64,000 nt of DNA from positions 3,008,001-3,072,000 of the forward strand of contig CBDCWI010000002.1 in the NCBI GenBank assembly GCA_965223325.1, given 5' to 3'. The DNA is from Candidatus Multivoradales bacterium (GTDB lineage Bacteria > Acidobacteriota > Thermoanaerobaculia > Multivoradales > Multivoraceae). The notes beneath the pieces were generated by a model. The model saw nothing but the letters and a program-made list of their open reading frames with translations, had not been told where the DNA came from and made no database searches. Shown here in pieces: positions 58,464 to 64,000 of the stretch (position 1 is its first letter; every line of letters starts with the position of its first letter). A program made the position numbers and the translations under genes.

Positions 58464-58670
58464 CTAGGGCAGCCAGTTGCCGTACGTGAGCCCGTGGTAG
58501 ACGACGTAGATCCAACTCAAGAAGGCGTGGACAAGCGCCCAGGGGATGCTGTGATTGACTCCCCAACTGAGTAGCGCTGCGAGTACCGCCCCAACGCTGC
58601 CAAAGATGCCACCACCGCAGCATCCGCAGCCACCGCGGGGTCTGCGGGTCGATCTGTGCTCCTTCGACAT
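58464..58670 (-). CDS. Small membrane protein (68 aa)
   Basis: MSKEHRSTRRPRGGCGCCGGGIFG...LSWGVNHSIPWALVHAFLSWIYVVY; starts 2 nt after the SDR stop. Confidence 0.75.
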   Translation of the reverse strand: MSKEHRSTRRPRGGCGCCGGGIFGSVGAVLAALLSWGVNHSIPWALVHAFLSWIYVVYHGLTYGNWLP

Positions 58671-58672
58671 CG

Positions 58673-59500
58673 CTAGCTCAGCCGGCCTGGAATGAAGGGG
58701 TGACTGCTCGAGAGCCCGCCACAGGCCGCGATCGCCTGGCCGTTCACATACGACGCTTCGTCGCTGGCGAGGAAGAGCGCCAGCTGGGCGATCTCTTCGG
58801 GCTGCCCGGCGCGGCGGAGGGGATTGAGCTGGCCGATCTTCTTCTCGGTGCCGCGCTCGCGCGCGCGCTCGAAGGTCGGCTTCGTCATCCCGGTCTCGAC
58901 GAGCCCAGGGCAGATCGCGTTGACCCGCACGTTGGTCCCGCTGAGCTGGTTGGCCGCTGTTTGCACCAGGCTGACAACGCCGGCCTTGGTGGCGCTGTAG
59001 GGCGTGCCGCCAGCTCCGGAACGAAGGGCGGCAACCGAGGCGGTGCACACGATCGAGCCGCCACCGCGCTCGGCCATCGCCTGCCCGCCGTGACGGATCG
59101 CCAGGAAGGGCCCTACCAGGTTGACGCGCACCACGTCGGCCCACTCGTCGGCTTCGATTTCGAACAAAGTCTTGCGGGGACCAGTGATGCCGGCGTTGGC
59201 GTAGATGACGTCGAGGCCACCCCACTCGAGACACTGTTCGATCCAGGCGCGCACCGCGCTGTCATCACCGGCATCGCCGGCTGCCGCGGTGGCCTGGCCA
59301 CCCATCGAGGTAACCGAGCGCACGGTCTCCTCTATCCCTTCTCTGACTTTGTCGGCAGCGAGGACCCGAGCGCCCTCGCGCGCAAACAGTTCTGCCGACG
59401 CGCGGCCGATGCCGCTCCCAGCGCCGGTCACCAATGCGATCTTGCCGGCCAACCGACCGGCGGTCGTTCCTTTGTCTTCTTTCGCTCTTTCTTGGTTCAT
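58673..59500 (-). CDS. Short-chain dehydrogenase/reductase
   Basis: [23 protein letters not shown]. Confidence 0.95.
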   Translation of the reverse strand: MNQERAKEDKGTTAGRLAGKIALVTGAGSGIGRASAELFAREGARVLAADKVREGIEETVRSVTSMGGQATAAAGDAGDDSAVRAWIEQCLEWGGLDVIYANAGITGPRKTLFEIEADEWADVVRVNLVGPFLAIRHGGQAMAERGGGSIVCTASVAALRSGAGGTPYSATKAGVVSLVQTAANQLSGTNVRVNAICPGLVETGMTKPTFERARERGTEKKIGQLNPLRRAGQPEEIAQLALFLASDEASYVNGQAIAACGGLSSSHPFIPGRLS

Positions 59501-59515
59501 GAACCGAGTTTAAGC

Positions 59516-59968
59516 TCAGGCGATCGCCTCGCGCAGCCGCCGCTGAATTCTGGCGCGATCTCGCTCGCTGCGCAGGACGAGCAAAACGGTGTCGTCGCCG
59601 GCCAGCGTCCCCGAAACCTCGGGAAACCGTGCCCGGTCGATCTCGATGGCGACCGAGTTGGCGTGCCCCGGATCCGTGTGCACAACCAACAGGGCCTCGC
59701 CTCGATCGACGCCCACCACGAAGTCGGCAACCGCGCGCAGCGGCTCTGCCGGCGGCTCGGCCTCGGCGATCGCACCGGGCAAGGCATAGTGGCCACCGCC
59801 CTCGGTGGGCAACTTGACGAGGCCGAGTTGTCGCACGTCGCGCGAGACCGTCGCCTGGGTCGTCGTCACATCCAACTCTTCGAGCGCCTCGACGAGTTCT
59901 GCCTGATTGTGAATGCGGCGCTCGGTGACGATTTCGAGAATCGCGCGCTGTCTGAGGCGACGGTTCAT
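59516..59968 (-). CDS. argR: Arginine repressor
   Basis: TQATVSRD, GTLAGDDT; last gene of the arg operon. Confidence 0.96.
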   Translation of the reverse strand: MNRRLRQRAILEIVTERRIHNQAELVEALEELDVTTTQATVSRDVRQLGLVKLPTEGGGHYALPGAIAEAEPPAEPLRAVADFVVGVDRGEALLVVHTDPGHANSVAIEIDRARFPEVSGTLAGDDTVLLVLRSERDRARIQRRLREAIA

Positions 59969-61467
59969 CGGGCAGAGGCTCCGAGAAGGTCCGCATCCAG
60001 CAGCCGCCCTTCGCGGGCGGCACGCAGAATCGGCGGGTCCTGGTCATGAAGCTCGAGCCAGGTCTCGCGCTCCGAGGCCTTTTCCTCGAGTGCGACGAGT
60101 TGCTCGCGAACGCGCGCCGGTGCCGGACCACCAGGTGACGAATGGCTCAAGACCGAGCCCCGCGGCTCGAGAGACTCGAAGATCTCTTGGTCTGCCTCTG
60201 GGCAATGTTCCCGGAGAGCATCGAGAGACAGCTCCCACAGCTCACAGCCCGCCGCTTCGGCGGCGCGCACGGCTTCTCCGGTTTGCTCGTGCGCAGTGCG
60301 AAAGGGCACGCCGCGCGCCACCAGGCCGTCGGCGAGATCGGTCGCGGTGATGAAGCCACCGTGGAGCGCTGCGTTCATCTTCTCGGTTTGATACTCGAGC
60401 CCCGCCAACAAAGCACGCGCAGCGCGCGCCGAGGCCTCGACCGTGTCGACGGCGTCGAACAGCGCTTCCTTATCCTCCTGCAGGTCGCTGTTGTAGGTCA
60501 GCGGAAGCCCCTTGAGCTGGACGAGGTGCGCGGTCAGGTCACCGATCACACGACCTGACTTGCCACGCAGAATCTCGGCCGGCTCGGGATTGCGCTTCTG
60601 CGGCATGATGCTCGACCCCTTGGAGACCGAGTCCGTCAACCTGGCAAAGCCTACCTCCGACGACGTCCAGAGGACGACCTCTGAGGCCCAGCGCGACAGA
60701 TGCACCATCGCCAGCGCGGCTGCGAACGAGGCCTGGACAACGTAGTCACGATCGGCGACCGCGTACATGCTGTTGGGGTAGGTCGCGTCAAAACCGAGCA
60801 GCTCCTGGGTGCGCTCCGGTGAAATGGCGTGCGGCGTTCCAGCCAGAGCACATGCACCGAGCGGGCTTCGCCCTGCCTCTTTGTGTACACCCATGAAGCG
60901 CTCCACGTCGGCCTCGAGACTCCAGACGTGGGCCAGAAGATGGTGCGCGAGACTCACCGGTTGGCCACGCTGCAGATGGGTGTAGCCTGGCAGGAAGGTT
61001 TCGAGATGGTCGGCGGCGCGCAAACGGAACGCATCGATCAGCTCGCCGGCGGTGCGTACGATGCGCACCAGACGATGGCGCACAAACAGGCGAACCGCCG
61101 CGCCCACCTGGTCGTTCCGACTGCGCGCAGTGTGCAAACGCCGGCCGTCGTCGCCGATGCGCTCGGTCAGGTTGCGCTCGATCCAGCTGTGCACGTCTTC
61201 TTCGGCACCGAGAACATCGATCGCGCCCGACTCGACACGCTCCAACAGATCAGCCAGGCCTTCGAGAATGGCGCGCGCCGCGTTGTCGTCGAGCACGTCG
61301 CAGTCCCAGAGCATGCGCGCGTGGGCCAGACTACCCACCAGGTCACATCGCGCTAGCCGGTGATCGAAGCCAAAGGAACGAGTGAAGCGATCGATCTCCG
61401 GATCAACCGACCCTCCGAAACGACCGCCCCAGACGCGGTGCGGGCCACCGCCCGACTCGGAGCTCAA
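59965..61467 (-). CDS. argH: Argininosuccinate lyase
   Basis: WGGRF, EDVH, HTARSRNDQV, PGYTHLQ, GSSIMPQKRNP, YNSDLQEDKE. Confidence 0.97.
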   Translation of the reverse strand: MSSESGGGPHRVWGGRFGGSVDPEIDRFTRSFGFDHRLARCDLVGSLAHARMLWDCDVLDDNAARAILEGLADLLERVESGAIDVLGAEEDVHSWIERNLTERIGDDGRRLHTARSRNDQVGAAVRLFVRHRLVRIVRTAGELIDAFRLRAADHLETFLPGYTHLQRGQPVSLAHHLLAHVWSLEADVERFMGVHKEAGRSPLGACALAGTPHAISPERTQELLGFDATYPNSMYAVADRDYVVQASFAAALAMVHLSRWASEVVLWTSSEVGFARLTDSVSKGSSIMPQKRNPEPAEILRGKSGRVIGDLTAHLVQLKGLPLTYNSDLQEDKEALFDAVDTVEASARAARALLAGLEYQTEKMNAALHGGFITATDLADGLVARGVPFRTAHEQTGEAVRAAEAAGCELWELSLDALREHCPEADQEIFESLEPRGSVLSHSSPGGPAPARVREQLVALEEKASERETWLELHDQDPPILRAAREGRLLDADLLGASAR

Positions 61468-62705
61468 CTCGCAGCCTCCGTCGTGCCTTCGGCAGACACC
61501 TCAGCAAGCGCCTGGCCGATGATCGAAACCGCCTGGTCGACCTCTTCATCGGTGACCACCAGGGGCGGCAAGAGGCGGACCGACGTGGGCCGCACTGCAT
61601 TGACGATCAGCCCCCTGTCGAGACATGCCGCAGCGACTGCCGGTGCCGCGAGGTCGGTTTCGAACGCTTTCATCAGGCCCGGCCCGCGCACCTCGAGAAT
61701 GTGAGGCGAAGCGAGATCGAGCAGCGCGTCCTCGAGTCGCGTGCCGCGTTCGGTTGCCTTCTCGAGGAGCCCTTCCTCCCGAATCACTTCGAGCACAGTG
61801 GTCACGGCGCGACAGGCAAGTGGATTCCCACCGAAGGTCGAGCCGTGATCGCCAGGCTGGAGGGCACGCGCCGCCCGGTCGGTGGCCAGAACCGCGCCCA
61901 CCGGCACACCACCTCCCAGGCCCTTGGCAAGACTCACCACATCGGGTGCGAGGCCCATCTGCTGAAACGCGAACCAGTGCCCCCCAGTACGGCCGATGCC
62001 AGTCTGCACCTCGTCGAGGGCAAAGAGGAGATCGTTCTCACGGCAGAGGGCTTCGAGACCATGCAAGTACTCCGGCGAACCGGGGTGGACACCACCTTCT
62101 CCCTGCACCGGCTCGATGAGGACCGCGCAGGTCTTCTCGGAGACGGCGGCGCGGGCGGCCTCGAGATCGCCGAAGGGAACGTGTTTGAAGCCCCCGGGCA
62201 TGGGCCCGAAGCCAACCCGGTACTTGGGCGTTCCGGTCGCGGCGAGAGCGCCGTAGGTGCGACCGTGGAAGGCGTCATCGGTAACCAGAATCTCGTAGGG
62301 CGCCTCACCGCTCTTTTGGGCTTCTTCGTGCGCTCGCCAGGCGTGTTTGCGCACCAGCTTGATCAGTGCTTCGTTGGCCTCTGCGCCGCTGTTGCAGAAA
62401 AAGACCCGCTCCAAGCGGTGTTTCTCAGCAGCTCCTTCATGAGCAGCGCCAATGAGCGCTCGTGACGCCTCGTCCGACTCGGGGATCCGGAACAGATTGC
62501 TGACGTGCAGATAGCGCGCTGCCTGCTCGGCGAGTGCCCGGCTGAGTCTGGGATGGCCATGGCCGAGTGTGGTCACCGCGATCCCGGCCAGAAAGTCGAG
62601 GTAGCGCTTGCCATTCGCGTCTTCCAGCCAACTCCCCTCCCCACGAACGAAGGCCACTGGCATCGGCACGTAGTTGACGAACATCGCCTCGCCGTAGGTG
62701 CTCAT
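61464..62705 (-). CDS. argD: Acetylornithine aminotransferase
   Basis: NSGAEANE, FHGRT, EPVQGEGG, DEVQTG, LAKGLGGG, HGSTFGGNP. Confidence 0.95.
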   Translation of the reverse strand: MSTYGEAMFVNYVPMPVAFVRGEGSWLEDANGKRYLDFLAGIAVTTLGHGHPRLSRALAEQAARYLHVSNLFRIPESDEASRALIGAAHEGAAEKHRLERVFFCNSGAEANEALIKLVRKHAWRAHEEAQKSGEAPYEILVTDDAFHGRTYGALAATGTPKYRVGFGPMPGGFKHVPFGDLEAARAAVSEKTCAVLIEPVQGEGGVHPGSPEYLHGLEALCRENDLLFALDEVQTGIGRTGGHWFAFQQMGLAPDVVSLAKGLGGGVPVGAVLATDRAARALQPGDHGSTFGGNPLACRAVTTVLEVIREEGLLEKATERGTRLEDALLDLASPHILEVRGPGLMKAFETDLAAPAVAAACLDRGLIVNAVRPTSVRLLPPLVVTDEEVDQAVSIIGQALAEVSAEGTTEAAS

Positions 62706-63751
62706 GTCTCGCTCTTTCTGAGGACTTCCGACACCGTCTTCGGCAGGTCGCTGGAAGTCGAGTCGTTCTTGCCGTTCATTTCCTTGCGGCCGGTGATCAT
62801 GGTGCCGATGCCACGCTCGGTGAAGAGCTCGACGAGAAGCCCGTGCTCCTGCTCGGCGCCGAGGATGTGCGCACGCGGCACACCGGCCCCGGTGGCCGCT
62901 AAGCAGGCCTCGATCTTGGGAATCATGCCCTTTGAAACGACGCCCTCTTCAACCAGCACGGCCGCACCGCGCGCAGTGAGCTCGGAGATCAAGACCAGCT
63001 CATCCTGACCACCGCCGTCGTGACTGCCTTGGCCGCGTTTTACGGGCCGATAGACGCCGGGTACATCGGTCAGCAGAAGGAACTTCTCCGCCCCAATGGC
63101 GGCGGCAATCGCGGCGGCCGCGGTGTCGGCATTGACGTTGTAGGTCTCCCCGTCGGGACCCTGAGCGAGGGGCGCAATCACCGGTATGAAGCCTTCGTGC
63201 AGCAACTCGTCAATGCGAGCGGTGTCGACTCGATCCACCACGCCGACGAAGCCGAGCTCGCGATTCTCGTGCGGCTCGGCCCACAGCGTTCCTTCGTGGC
63301 CCGGCACTCCCGCCGCGTTGCCGGTTCGTTCACGCAGCATGTGCACCAGCCGGCGATTGGCGGTACCGCCGAGCACACTCTTGACCAGCTGCATGGTCTC
63401 GCGGTCGGTGACTCGGAGCCCGTCGACGAAACGTGCCTCAGCACCGCGCATTTCGAGGCGTTCGGAGATCTCGGGACCACCCCCATGAACGAGGACTGGT
63501 TCAACCCCTGCCTGCTGAAGAGCCACGATGTCTTCGACGATCGTGCCGATGCGTCCGCCCGCCATCGCAGCGCCGCCGAACTTGATCACCACGCGTTTGC
63601 CACGCCATTCGGCGACGTAGCGCAGGGCGCGGTAGAGCGAACCACCGAGCTCGAGCGCATCTGCCCGCACGCCCTCGGAGAGTTGGGGTTTCTGGTTCTC
63701 GGCGCCGGCAGCAGCGACATGGGTCACCTCGTAGCGGCTTGCTTCGCTCAT
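62702..63751 (-). CDS. argB: Acetylglutamate kinase
   Basis: VIKFGG, VHGGGP, GLRVTD, NVNAD, LTDVPG, GMIPK, ELFTERGIGT; alternative start 63787. Confidence 0.95.
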   Translation of the reverse strand: MSEASRYEVTHVAAAGAENQKPQLSEGVRADALELGGSLYRALRYVAEWRGKRVVIKFGGAAMAGGRIGTIVEDIVALQQAGVEPVLVHGGGPEISERLEMRGAEARFVDGLRVTDRETMQLVKSVLGGTANRRLVHMLRERTGNAAGVPGHEGTLWAEPHENRELGFVGVVDRVDTARIDELLHEGFIPVIAPLAQGPDGETYNVNADTAAAAIAAAIGAEKFLLLTDVPGVYRPVKRGQGSHDGGGQDELVLISELTARGAAVLVEEGVVSKGMIPKIEACLAATGAGVPRAHILGAEQEHGLLVELFTERGIGTMITGRKEMNGKNDSTSSDLPKTVSEVLRKSET

Positions 63752-63800
63752 CGTCACTTCCACTTCTTTCTCATCGATTCGTCCCACAGAGCACGGACGG

Positions 63801-64000
63801 TCAGGAGATGTAGCTGCCGTTGATGTCGACGTAGTCCTTGCTCAAATCGCACGTCCACACTTTCGCCGCACCGGCCCCGAGCCCGAGATCGATACGCAGA
63901 TCGACGCTGTCTTCTGACATTGCCTTAGCCAACGGCGCAAGGTCTGAAAGCACACCGAGGCCACCGCCAACGATCTGCATGCCGCCGAACCAGACATCGA
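63801..64000 (-). CDS. argJ: Ornithine acetyltransferase, C-terminal fragment (5' part outside the window)
   Basis: Manual translation ends ...RIDLGLGAGAAKVWTCDLSKDYVDINGSYIS*, the ArgJ C-terminal signature. Confidence 0.93.
   Translation of the reverse strand, partial: DVWFGGMQIVGGGLGVLSDLAPLAKAMSEDSVDLRIDLGLGAGAAKVWTCDLSKDYVDINGSYIS

Overview
High-GC bacterial chromosome segment. The PadR + duplicated orphan permease pair and the C-terminal IFxDGFE-type tails suggest Acidobacteriota, probably Thermoanaerobaculia (inference). Most genes are housekeeping or metabolic: glnA, udk, mutM, holA, rlmH, PMM/PGM, tdk, iscA/erpA, ygfZ-like, a carboxyltransferase, a moaD-moaE fusion and the end of an argJ-B-D-H-R operon. 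I found no rRNA, tRNA, CRISPR array, integrase or transposase. Most notable: (1) a sigma-54 nitrogen module (glnA, a NifA-like GAF-AAA+ activator, a TorF-type porin) with two -24/-12 promoters and a recurring 14-bp palindrome C(G/T)AC(A/G)-N4-TGT(C/A)G in pairs about 30 bp apart; (2) an exported protein of 11 repeats with invariant C-x3-C-x10-C-x9-C-x10-C-x3-C spacing; (3) a DGFE/DLES-type C-terminal tail shared by two unrelated exported proteins; (4) DksA fused to a ~190-aa histone-H1-like lysine-rich tail and lacking the 4-Cys zinc site; (5) a 1154-aa GlmS-like protein; (6) an operon of two orphan genes plus a ~30-repeat ankyrin protein; (7) one apparently frameshifted gene. All calls come from motif recognition by eye; no database searches were run.
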